DNA of 64,000 nucleotides from an uncultured Dehalococcoidia bacterium. GTDB lineage: Bacteria > Chloroflexota > Dehalococcoidia > Lucifugimonadales > UBA826. The position numbers were made by a program, and so were the translations under genes. Below the pieces are notes generated by a model. It was not told where the DNA came from and ran no database searches. It was given only the letters and a program-made list of their open reading frames with translations. The stretch spans positions 823 through 64,822 of the forward strand of contig CAYFIW010000002.1 in assembly GCA_964343265.1 (NCBI GenBank), in the 5' to 3' direction. The first letter of the stretch is position 1. Each line of letters starts with the position of its first letter. Shown here one piece after another: positions 49,575 to 57,962 of this stretch.

Positions 49575-50408
49575 ATGTTGATCACCTGTCCTTTTGACAA
49601 TATACTTCGGCACGTTGGTGATTATGGAGATATGTTTATGTCAAAATTTAAATGGAATATGAATCCTTTCGGCGGTGCCGTTATTGATCCGACTTCACTA
49701 GATTCAAATACGGATCGGTTTGGAAATCAGATAAGTGAGGCAATTGAAATATGTCGATCTGATGATGTGAAGGTGATATGGCTTGAGATACCAACTGATC
49801 TGGTTCAGTTGGTTCCAATAGCATGTGAGAAAGGGTTTATTTTTCACCATGCAGAGGCCTCCTATGCTATGTTGACTTTGGAAGTGGAAGTTGGTGCGTT
49901 TATACCTCCTTATGCGACCCATTACGTAGGGGTTGGCGGGGTAGTTTTGAATGACAAAAAAGAACTTTTAGTAGTGTCTGAGAAATATAGATTGGGAGGG
50001 AGAGGGCCGTCATATAAATTGCCTGGAGGTGCCTTGCTACCTGGGGAACATTTAGAGGAGGCAGCTGTGAGAGAAGTTGAGGAAGAAACTGGTGTGTCCA
50101 CTGAATTTGAAAGTTTAGTTTGTTTTAGGCATTGGCATGGATATCGATATGGAAAATCAGACATTTATTTTGTCTCTAGACTAAAGCCGCTTTCAAATCA
50201 AATCACAATTCAAGAAGAAGAAATAGCAGAGTGCTTGTGGATGCCTGTAGCGGATTTTTTGGGTAGTAATTCTATACATGTGTTCAACAAAACGATTGTT
50301 ACAGCGGCATTAAAGAGCCCTGGAGTATCACCGATCACCATTGATGGTTATGAGCCTGCCGACAGGTTCGAGTTTTTTATGCCTCCAGAAGCTATTGTCG
50401 GAAACTAA
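49575..50408 (+). CDS. Nudix hydrolase with an extra N-terminal domain
   Basis: Nudix box GGALLPGEHLEEAAVREVEEETGV. N-terminal ~110 aa (FGG..ID......F......IWLEIP...LVPIA...GFIFHHAE..YAMLT). The start is uncertain; in-frame ATGs lie further downstream (MFMSKFKW). Confidence 0.8.
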   Translation: MLITCPFDNILRHVGDYGDMFMSKFKWNMNPFGGAVIDPTSLDSNTDRFGNQISEAIEICRSDDVKVIWLEIPTDLVQLVPIACEKGFIFHHAEASYAMLTLEVEVGAFIPPYATHYVGVGGVVLNDKKELLVVSEKYRLGGRGPSYKLPGGALLPGEHLEEAAVREVEEETGVSTEFESLVCFRHWHGYRYGKSDIYFVSRLKPLSNQITIQEEEIAECLWMPVADFLGSNSIHVFNKTIVTAALKSPGVSPITIDGYEPADRFEFFMPPEAIVGN

Positions 50409-50477
50409 GATGAAGTGGAGCGAATCAGTCATTTCAAGATAATGTGGTAAGCCTTTAGGACACTGGATTTTTTTAAA

Positions 50478-50506
50478 TTGACACCCATTCTGGGTAAAAG
50501 TACACT
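50478..50506 (+). promoter_or_regulatory. Candidate sigma70-type promoter for rpmH-rnpA operon
   Basis: TTGACA (50478-50483), a 17-nt spacer, then TACACT (50501-50506). A T/A-rich UP-like tract lies upstream. About 28 nt before the rpmH ATG. The ORF track used this TTG as a start codon. Confidence 0.5.
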
Positions 50507-50534
50507 TTATGGGTTAACTTATGAGAGAAATATT

Positions 50535-50672
50535 ATGCCAAAGAGAACCTACCAACCAAGAAAAAGAAGACGAGCCCGTGTTCATGGGTTTAGGTCCAGA
50601 ATGAGTAGCAAGGGTGGCCGAAACGTTCTTAAGAGAAGAATGTTTAAAGGTCGACACAAGCTCACGGTTTAG
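50535..50672 (+). CDS. rpmH: 50S ribosomal protein L34
   Basis: [45 protein letters not shown], 45 aa and near-canonical for L34. Confidence 0.95.
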   Translation: MPKRTYQPRKRRRARVHGFRSRMSSKGGRNVLKRRMFKGRHKLTV

Positions 50673-50768
50673 ATTAGCGGTTCCTGCCGTATCAGTCAGC
50701 GTGTGTATGAATTCCTCCCTTACACGTATTTTGAGACGGCGTGTACTTGAGATGGGGCGCAGTCATTA

Positions 50769-51110
50769 ATGCAAAAGCATCGGAGATTGCTGAAGTCTAA
50801 AGATTTCGCCTTAATACGTTCTTTTGGTGAAAGTTGGTCAAATAAGAGTTTCGTATTGCTGGCTAGGAAACGTGAGGATATGTACGCTGAGACTACTTCA
50901 AGATTTGGGTTTATAGTCTCTAAAAAGATTGGAAATGCAGTTATTAGAAATAGATTCAAAAGGCAAATGAGGAACTCGGCTAATGGATTGGATGTGAAGC
51001 CCGGTCATGACATCGTTTTTATTGCTAGAAATAGGATCCATGAATGTGACTATAAAGACATTCGTAGATTTATGGCGAAACTGGTTTCTGGCGCAAATTT
51101 ACAAGTATAG
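50769..51110 (+). CDS. rnpA: Ribonuclease P protein component
   Basis: 113 aa, basic. RLLKSKDF, GFIVSKKIGNAVIRNRFKRQMR (RNR motif). Confidence 0.9.
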   Translation: MQKHRRLLKSKDFALIRSFGESWSNKSFVLLARKREDMYAETTSRFGFIVSKKIGNAVIRNRFKRQMRNSANGLDVKPGHDIVFIARNRIHECDYKDIRRFMAKLVSGANLQV

Positions 51111-51144
51111 TAAAGTGTAAACAGATTAGTTTCCTATTCAAATT

Positions 51145-51429
51145 ATGATAAATAAAGTTCGCAATCTGAACAAAGTAATTGAAACTTTTCTGTTACTCCT
51201 TATAAGGGGTTACCAGAGGTTAATATCCCCATATTTACCAGCCGTTTGTAGGCATATCCCAACCTGTTCCTCATACTCCCATGAGGCAATTAGTATCCAT
51301 GGGATTCGTAAAGGTGTTTTATTGTCTGTGTTAAGAGTTTTAAGGTGTAATCCATTCGGAACGCAAGGCTATGACCCGGTACCCTTGAGAAGCCCTGAGA
51401 GTTATATTGCAAAACGAGAGTGTGCATAG
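51145..51429 (+). CDS. yidD: Membrane protein insertion efficiency factor YidD
   Basis: LIRGYQRLISPYLPAVCRHIPTCSSYSHEAISIHG is the YidD signature. Confidence 0.88.
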   Translation: MINKVRNLNKVIETFLLLLIRGYQRLISPYLPAVCRHIPTCSSYSHEAISIHGIRKGVLLSVLRVLRCNPFGTQGYDPVPLRSPESYIAKRECA

Positions 51430-51433
51430 AGTA

Positions 51434-52606
51434 ATGACTGGGTTAAAAAGAAAAATGCTCTTGCCTTACATTTTGATTACATCAATGCTATTCCTAGTAG
51501 CCTCGTTAGCTTGTTCAACTTTGTCCAACCCGGAAGGTTGGTCTGGAGGCGTATTAGTAGGTGAATCTATAGTAATCGGGAGCATGGATGGACAGGTCTT
51601 ATCCCTTAATGTTGATACAGGGGAACATAACTGGGAACCTGCTTTAGTAAGGGTAGACGATAAAAATAAGAATAGAAGAGCGATATATGGCACCCCTTTG
51701 GTTCAAGATAACGTCATTTTCGTGACTTCCTATGATGGTAAGGTCCATGCATTTTCTATGATTGATGGAAAACTACTAGAAACAGAGCCAGTCACAGACG
51801 AATTTGTGGGCGGGATTTCATACTATGAAAATAGACTTTTTTTTGGTTCTAGTGACGGAGTTATGTACGGCTATGATGTAGAGATCATGGACCAAACAGT
51901 TATGATGAAAAAAGCTTGGGAGTACAAGGCAAATGACAGTATTTGGTCTACCCCGGTTATTTCTAATGGTTTATTGTTTTTTACGTCATTAGACCATTTT
52001 GTATACGCCCTGGATCCTTCGGATGGTAGTTTTGTATGGAAAATGGAAACAGGAGCTGCCTTAGTGTCTGATCCTGTCGTAGATGGCGATAATTTGTATG
52101 TTGGATCTTTCGATACAAATTTCTATGCCATTAACATTAATTCTGGTAAAGAAAAATGGAGATTTACGGATTCTTCGAACTGGTATTGGGGGAGTGCTCT
52201 TTTGAGCGGAGACACTATATATGTTCCATCTCTCGAGGGAAAACTATATGCACTCAACGTACAAACCGGTTCAAAGCAGTGGGAAACAGAGTTAGTGGGT
52301 CCGGTTGTGGGAACGCCGGCTATAGTATCGGACATGATTGTATTTGGGTCTCGCGATGGACAAATTCGCGTAGCAGAGCTATCGTCAGGGATGATACTCG
52401 CAAGTTGCGATATAGGAGAAAAAATTGAGTCTCCAATAATATCAGTGGATAACGCGGTATATTTTAGTGCTAGGGATCATTCTGTGAGATCTCTTTTGAT
52501 TAAACAAAATGGGAATCCGGATGAGAAATGGGATTCTCCATATTTCTCTGAAAAGGCTAAGGATGAAGAGGATCCTACGCCTAATGATTGGTCGCCGTCT
52601 TGCTAA
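51434..52606 (+). CDS. Secreted/lipid-anchored PQQ-like (BamB/YfgL-like) beta-propeller repeat protein
   Basis: Signal-like N-terminus MTGLKRKMLLPYILITSMLFLVASLAC. Repeated blades: GKVHAFSMIDGKLL, GVMYGYD, HFVYALDPSDGSFVWK, NFYAININSGKEKWRF, GKLYALNVQTGSKQWE, GQIRVAELSSG. Start set at the ATG at 51434, just after the yidD stop. Confidence 0.8.
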   Translation: MTGLKRKMLLPYILITSMLFLVASLACSTLSNPEGWSGGVLVGESIVIGSMDGQVLSLNVDTGEHNWEPALVRVDDKNKNRRAIYGTPLVQDNVIFVTSYDGKVHAFSMIDGKLLETEPVTDEFVGGISYYENRLFFGSSDGVMYGYDVEIMDQTVMMKKAWEYKANDSIWSTPVISNGLLFFTSLDHFVYALDPSDGSFVWKMETGAALVSDPVVDGDNLYVGSFDTNFYAININSGKEKWRFTDSSNWYWGSALLSGDTIYVPSLEGKLYALNVQTGSKQWETELVGPVVGTPAIVSDMIVFGSRDGQIRVAELSSGMILASCDIGEKIESPIISVDNAVYFSARDHSVRSLLIKQNGNPDEKWDSPYFSEKAKDEEDPTPNDWSPSC

Positions 52607-52630
52607 CTTCAGGTAATTAAAAAGAGGTAT

Positions 52631-53554
52631 TTGAGTTTGGAATTTTTGGGCCAAATATGGAGCAACGTATTTATTCAACCTATGATAAATACGTTGATTT
52701 TGCTCTATAGCTTGGCGTTTAGTAATTTCGGTATTGCAATAGCTATTTTCACAATAGTTATTAGAGCTGCCATGATGCCGCTTACAGTAAAACAAAGTAA
52801 GCAAATGAAGGCTATGTCTGCATTGCAGCCAAAAATTAAAGAGATACAGAGTCGGTTTGCCAATGACAAACAAAGGCAATCAAAAGAGACCATGCAGCTA
52901 TATAAAGACCAAGGTGTTAATCCAATTGGATGTCTTGGTCCCATGTTTATTCAGATGCCTATTTGGATAGGACTATATCAGGCTATATTAAAGACGGTTC
53001 CTACAACACCTGAGAGCCTTGTTGGCTTATCTGGAAATCTCTATACATGGTTACCTTTCGTACAGGAAGTAATACCCATTAATAGCGCATTCCTTTGGCT
53101 TGATCTCTCGTCTCCTGATCCTCTTCCGGTATTACCTTTGCTAGTAGGGATATCGATGTTTCTGATGCAAAAAATGACAACGATGCCTGCGGCTGACGAA
53201 AAACAAGCTTCTACAAATCGTATGATGCTTTGGATGATGCCATTGATGTTTGGTTTTTTTTCTATGCAATTTCCCAGCGGGCTTGCGCTATATTGGGTGA
53301 TTTCCAACTTGGTAGGAATTGTGATACAAGGTTTCATAACAGGTTGGGAACCGTTACAGAACTTATTAGATTTTAAAAAGAGTCGTTCTCCAGAGCCGGC
53401 AACAGCTATGGCTTCTGCAGGGAACGCTGCGCTCGAGGAGAATGAACAAAATGGAATCGATAGAGATGACAGGGAAGACGGTGGACGAGGCTCTGGAAAT
53501 CGCCCTAAGAGAACTAGACGCCGACCGAGGAGAGGTCGAAATAGACGTCATTAG
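52631..53554 (+). CDS. yidC: Membrane protein insertase YidC (short Gram-positive type) with polybasic C-terminal tail
   Basis: TTG start. AIAIFTIVIRAAMMPLTVKQSK, LQPKIKEIQ..., GCLP-like GCLGPMFIQMPIW, GLALYWVISNLVGIVQ-like. The tail reads RPKRTRRRPRRGRNRRH. Confidence 0.92.
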   Translation: MSLEFLGQIWSNVFIQPMINTLILLYSLAFSNFGIAIAIFTIVIRAAMMPLTVKQSKQMKAMSALQPKIKEIQSRFANDKQRQSKETMQLYKDQGVNPIGCLGPMFIQMPIWIGLYQAILKTVPTTPESLVGLSGNLYTWLPFVQEVIPINSAFLWLDLSSPDPLPVLPLLVGISMFLMQKMTTMPAADEKQASTNRMMLWMMPLMFGFFSMQFPSGLALYWVISNLVGIVIQGFITGWEPLQNLLDFKKSRSPEPATAMASAGNAALEENEQNGIDRDDREDGGRGSGNRPKRTRRRPRRGRNRRH

Positions 53555-54104
53555 CCGCGGAAAATCGGGGATGTTTGGGATAGGTAGTGAACCGGCGAAG
53601 ATAAAAGTAACAAAATTATTAATAGAATCCAATGATATTGATTCTCTGGATATAGTCACTGTATCTAGAGAGGTGATCAACAATTTGATTTCCAATATGG
53701 GAGTGAATGTTATTTGTAATCTCAGGCAATCTGATAGTGAAGATATTGGGGGACCTGTATTTGAGATAGAAGGTGACGATTCAGGATTATTAATAGGAAG
53801 AAAGGGAGAAACCCTCCGATCGTTACAATTTTTGGTTAGATATTTGGTTAGTAAGAAGACAGGTCAGAGGGCCAATCTTTCTTTAGATGTAGAGGGATAC
53901 GATGAAAGAAGACGGCAATCACTTAGTAATCTAGCAAATCGGGTATCACAAAGAGTAGTTAAGACTGGACGTTCAATTGAACTCGAGCCCATGAATGCAC
54001 GTGAAAGAAGAGTTGTACATATGTCATTATCGGATAGAGATGACGTTTTTACTGAGAGTTCTGGTAATGGAGAAGATAGACGGGTTGTGATTTCACCTTC
54101 TTAG
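53451..54104 (+). CDS. jag: Jag/SpoIIIJ-associated RNA-binding protein (Jag_N + KH + R3H)
   Basis: Jag_N reads GKTVDEALEIALRELDADRGEVEIDVISRGKSGMFGIG. KH-like GLLIGRKGETLRSLQ. R3H-like LEPMNARERRVVHMSL. Candidate starts are 53442, 53451 (GAGGAG 10 nt upstream, preferred) and 53466. All three overlap yidC. Confidence 0.88.
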   Translation: MESIEMTGKTVDEALEIALRELDADRGEVEIDVISRGKSGMFGIGSEPAKIKVTKLLIESNDIDSLDIVTVSREVINNLISNMGVNVICNLRQSDSEDIGGPVFEIEGDDSGLLIGRKGETLRSLQFLVRYLVSKKTGQRANLSLDVEGYDERRRQSLSNLANRVSQRVVKTGRSIELEPMNARERRVVHMSLSDRDDVFTESSGNGEDRRVVISPS

Positions 54105-54160
54105 TAATTGTAAGTTGCTGGAATACTATAGTTACATTAGTTTAAACTCCACTCTCGATA

Positions 54161-54997
54161 ATGATCGATTATTTCGCTATAGGACACATCACAGAAGATG
54201 TGATAGACCAGGTTTCTTTGCCAGGTGGGACAGTGTTTTACGGGGCTCTGACTGCATCACAGTTGGGTCTTACCTCTGCTATTTTGACTAGTTGTCCAAG
54301 AGGTTATTTGCCTCCAGATAAGTTGTCCTCCACGGAAATCGCTATAGTAGAATCTGAACAAATAACTAGGTTTCAGAACACCTATGAATTCGTTGGTTCC
54401 GAGACTTATCGTACTCAAACTGTAAAAAGTGTCGCAGGTAAAATTCAAGGGAATGATGTTCCAGAAGATTGGCTAGAGTCAAAATTGATACATTTAGGAC
54501 CGTTAGTTGGAGAGATAGATGATGAGGTTGTTAAGCTTTTCCCTGACTCGCTCGTAGCTCTTTCATTACAAGGTTGGTTGAGGCAATTGGATTCAAATGG
54601 AGTAGTTCGAAATAAAGTCTGGTCAGGAACCGAAATACTTCTTCACGCTGATCTTGGATTTTGCTCTATAGAGGACCTAAGTCCTGATGTTGATATCGAA
54701 GAATGGGCTAATCTTGTACCTTTGTTGGTCATTACGGATGGTAGGCGTGGTGCAATGATTTATGAAAAAGGAGTACCTTTTAAGATTGCCCCGATTTCTG
54801 TCGAAGAGGTTGATCCGACGGGTGCTGGAGATGTTTTTGCTGCTGCATTTTTGATCAGATATTCAGAGACCATGGACTCAATGGAATCTGCAATCTATGC
54901 ATCTATAGCTGCAGGCCTTAGTGTCTCATCTTTGGGCGGAGATTCTATACCAGACAGGGATTATATCTGCGAAATCAGGAAGAAATTGAATTTGTAG
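54161..54997 (+). CDS. PfkB-family carbohydrate/nucleoside kinase
   Basis: 278 aa. DPTGAGDVFAAAF is the ATP-site motif. Substrate unknown. Confidence 0.8.
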   Translation: MIDYFAIGHITEDVIDQVSLPGGTVFYGALTASQLGLTSAILTSCPRGYLPPDKLSSTEIAIVESEQITRFQNTYEFVGSETYRTQTVKSVAGKIQGNDVPEDWLESKLIHLGPLVGEIDDEVVKLFPDSLVALSLQGWLRQLDSNGVVRNKVWSGTEILLHADLGFCSIEDLSPDVDIEEWANLVPLLVITDGRRGAMIYEKGVPFKIAPISVEEVDPTGAGDVFAAAFLIRYSETMDSMESAIYASIAAGLSVSSLGGDSIPDRDYICEIRKKLNL

Positions 54998-55126
54998 TTT
55001 AGTTTGTTGCCTATTTGTGCATCTGGAGACATAATTGCTTTATTCTTGTAGCTTTTATCTCTGTGCTGGGACTTGGATTTAGAATCTAGTCACATAATCT
55101 TGCTTACGCGACATTCACAGGTGGGT

Positions 55127-56239
55127 ATGAAAATAGACTTTACTCTTGAAAAGATAACAAAAATTGCTTTAGTTATCTTTATACTTGCGGCTCTTATATT
55201 TGTGCTTTATTTTGTGAAAGGAGCTTTATTCCCATTTGTTATAGGTATAGTTTTAACCTACGTTCTACATCCTATAGTCATTTCCTTGGAAAAGGTTCTT
55301 CCGTTTAAAAAGGAATATCCAAATTTAATTCGCAGCGTCTCTATTTCTATTGTTTATTTGCTTATGGCTTTTATATTGATCATAGCGTTGATATTGATAC
55401 TTCCACCTCTCTTTAGCCAGTCGACGGAATTACTGAGTAAACTACCTGCATTTATAACCGATGCTCGTAATACGGTGGAAGGGTGGAATAGAGAATACGC
55501 TACCAGCATTCCTGAAGAAATCCGTTTAGAAATCGATGATATGTTGGCAAACGCGGGAGAGATTTTAGTAGGAGCTTTTAGAGGAATAATAAATCGAACA
55601 GCTTTGGCGGTGGTCCATGCATTGACATTGGTTGTGGGATTGGTTGTAGTACCAATCTTTGTTTTTTATCTATTGAAAGACAAAGAGAAAGTGCATGAAT
55701 CTTTCATAGGATATTTTCCATCAGAAATGCAAATTCATGTAGTTCATGTATTGAGAATATTAAATAGAGTTGTAGGGGCATATGTGCGTGCTCAAGTATC
55801 CTTAGCTGCAGGGGTCTGGGTCGTGATTGCAATGGGACTCTTCCTTATGGACGTGGAATACGCAGTTCTATTAGGCTTCGTGGCAGGTGTGTTTGAATTC
55901 GTACCTATAGTTGGAGCGTGGTTGGGTGTGATACCTGCGATTGTTGTCACGCTTTCCACATCCCCTGAAAAAATTTTGTGGGTAATACTACTCTACGCCG
56001 GGGTTCAGACTATTCAGGGGGCTTTCATAGTACCAAGAATACAGAGTTTTGCAATGAAAGTGCATCCTTTGTTGGTTTTAATAGCTATCGTTTTAGGAAG
56101 TGAGATTGGTGGATTATGGGGTGTAATAATTGGGCCACCTGTAGCTGCATCAATAAAGGAGATCCTAGTGTATTTCTCAAATCCAGATAGTTACACTAAC
56201 TCTGATTCAGTATCGCTAGAAAGCTTGGATAATACTTAG
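55127..56239 (+). CDS. AI-2E family transporter (PerM/YhhT-like permease)
   Basis: Start set at the ATG at 55127 (AGGTGG upstream). Multi-TM protein. The motif FEFVPIVGAWLGVIPAIVV is typical of AI-2E/UPF0118. Confidence 0.85.
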   Translation: MKIDFTLEKITKIALVIFILAALIFVLYFVKGALFPFVIGIVLTYVLHPIVISLEKVLPFKKEYPNLIRSVSISIVYLLMAFILIIALILILPPLFSQSTELLSKLPAFITDARNTVEGWNREYATSIPEEIRLEIDDMLANAGEILVGAFRGIINRTALAVVHALTLVVGLVVVPIFVFYLLKDKEKVHESFIGYFPSEMQIHVVHVLRILNRVVGAYVRAQVSLAAGVWVVIAMGLFLMDVEYAVLLGFVAGVFEFVPIVGAWLGVIPAIVVTLSTSPEKILWVILLYAGVQTIQGAFIVPRIQSFAMKVHPLLVLIAIVLGSEIGGLWGVIIGPPVAASIKEILVYFSNPDSYTNSDSVSLESLDNT

Positions 56240-56293
56240 AAAACTTGAATAAATAAATACGAGTGAATGTATTCGTGGTATAAGTGAAAAATT

Positions 56294-57016
56294 ATGTTGG
56301 AAACTACTCTTCTACACGATGGGACTATTGCGCTTTTTAGATTTGTTGATGATATTGAATTTAGTCAGTTGGACCGGGAGATCAGTAAGGCTTGTGAGAG
56401 TGTGAGATTCGAATCTGATGCTAGAGCCTTATTGGTTACTTCGAAAAATGATGCTTTCCTAAATAAGCCAAGGGAACTAAAAGATTCCATTCATTCCTGT
56501 TTTAGTTGGCATATTTCCGAAGTTGAGATACCCGTTATAGGTATTGTCGAAAGGAATGCATACGGCGTAGGTTTAGAATTAATACTTGCTTGCGATATCA
56601 GGGTTTGCTCTGTAAATAGCAAATTCTCCATGAATCACATTGTTGACGGGTTTTTACCGTCAAATGGTGGTACACAAAGGCTTCCAAGAATTGTAGGGCA
56701 GGGTAGGGCATTGGATTTAATGCTGTCTGGTAGGGAATTTGATTCAGATGAAGCTCATGATAGTGGTGTGGTCCAATATGTCAGCGAATTTTCAGCGTTC
56801 GATGATGCTTTGGCCCTAGCTAAGACGATATCAAACTATGGTCCTATTGCAACTAAATATTTGAAAGAGGCCGTTAAGTCTGGTGTAGACATGTCTTTTC
56901 AACAGGGTATGAAGCTTGAATCCGATCTTAGCGTAATACTACAAAGTACAGATGATAGGTCAGAAGGTATCCATTCTTTTTTGTCTGGGAATCAACCCCA
57001 ATATGAGGGTAGATAG
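56294..57016 (+). CDS. Divergent crotonase/enoyl-CoA hydratase superfamily protein (catalytic motifs partly degenerate)
   Basis: GVGLELILACDIRV and GGTQRLPRIVG are present. The oxyanion motif F.AGADL is replaced by AFLNKPRELK. The second catalytic Glu position reads His (SMNHIVDG). Confidence 0.7.
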   Translation: MLETTLLHDGTIALFRFVDDIEFSQLDREISKACESVRFESDARALLVTSKNDAFLNKPRELKDSIHSCFSWHISEVEIPVIGIVERNAYGVGLELILACDIRVCSVNSKFSMNHIVDGFLPSNGGTQRLPRIVGQGRALDLMLSGREFDSDEAHDSGVVQYVSEFSAFDDALALAKTISNYGPIATKYLKEAVKSGVDMSFQQGMKLESDLSVILQSTDDRSEGIHSFLSGNQPQYEGR

Positions 57017-57026
57017 AGTCGTATAC

Positions 57027-57749
57027 ATGGACAATGTCATAGATTACGAAAAAATTGAAGGCGTGGCTTTTTTGACGCTTAATCGTCCCGATATGATAAA
57101 TGCATTCAATGTTGCAATGAGAGATGAGATGTATGAATTATTGCGTTTGACTGATGATGATCCTGATTGTTTAGTAGTGGTTATACGGGGATCGGGTGAT
57201 CGTGGCTTTTGCGCTGGTGCAGACCTCACAGAATTTGGTACAGCTCCATCGCAAATTATAGCTAGGGAAGTTAGGTGGGAACGCGATTTATGGGGATTGT
57301 TTCAGGTACATAAAAAACCATTGATAGCTTCTTTGCACGGGCATGTTATTGGATCCGGTGTAGAGATCGCTTCACTATGCGATATACGAATAGCCTCAGA
57401 TAACTGCAAATTTAGGATGCCGGAAGTTGCGTTAGGAATGATCCCGGCGGCCGGTGGAAGCCAGTCGATATCACGCCTTGCAGGGAGTTCGGTAGCTTTA
57501 GATATGTTGCTAACTAATAGGGTTTTTGATAGTAATTATGCAAGGAAAATTGGTCTTGTTGACCGAGTAGTGTCACTTGATAAATTAGGTATAGCAACAA
57601 TGAATCTTGCGAATCAGATAAAAATGTTCGATGTTGGTTTGATTAGAAAAATGAAACAAATGGTTCGTCTAGGTGCAGATATGAATTTGCATAACGCACT
57701 AGAGTTTGAAAAGAGGACAGCACGTTCGGTAAAAGCTGATTTATACTAA
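57027..57749 (+). CDS. Enoyl-CoA hydratase/isomerase family protein (canonical motifs)
   Basis: Start set at the ATG at 57027. FCAGADLTEF, GSGVEIASLCDIRIA, MPEVALGMIPAAGGSQ. Confidence 0.88.
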   Translation: MDNVIDYEKIEGVAFLTLNRPDMINAFNVAMRDEMYELLRLTDDDPDCLVVVIRGSGDRGFCAGADLTEFGTAPSQIIAREVRWERDLWGLFQVHKKPLIASLHGHVIGSGVEIASLCDIRIASDNCKFRMPEVALGMIPAAGGSQSISRLAGSSVALDMLLTNRVFDSNYARKIGLVDRVVSLDKLGIATMNLANQIKMFDVGLIRKMKQMVRLGADMNLHNALEFEKRTARSVKADLY

Positions 57750-57758
57750 ACTAAATAG

Positions 57759-57832
57759 TGGCTGCCCGGCCAGGATTCGAACCTGGGTCGAAGGATTCAA
57801 AGTCCTTAGTGCTACCACTACACCACCGGGCA
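57759..57832 (-). tRNA. tRNA-Gln (anticodon UUG), CCA encoded
   Basis: The reverse complement reads TGCCCGG-TG-GTGT-AGTGGTA-GCAC-T-AAGGA-CTTTGAA-TCCTT-CGAC-CCAGG-TTCGAAT-CCTGG-CCGGGCA-G-CCA. It folds as a clean cloverleaf with a 7-bp acceptor stem. U1-A72 and G73 are typical of bacterial tRNA-Gln. Confidence 0.93.
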
Positions 57833-57962
57833 TCGTTCAATCGACTTACTAGTATAGAACAGACTTGAGAAACTCTCATCATTTACAATTGCAGTTTTGG
57901 TTGTTTATTTGTAGAGACAAGTTCTTAAGTAAGAAAAATGTAGATTTCAATAGGAAACACAG

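Noticed and set aside
52444-52452. Near-consensus DnaA box (the reverse complement reads TTATCCACT) close to the rpmH-rnpA-yidC region, which often flanks oriC.
   Set aside because: It is a single 8/9 match inside the PQQ-propeller coding sequence. I saw no cluster of boxes, no AT-rich unwinding element, and no dnaA or dnaN in the window.
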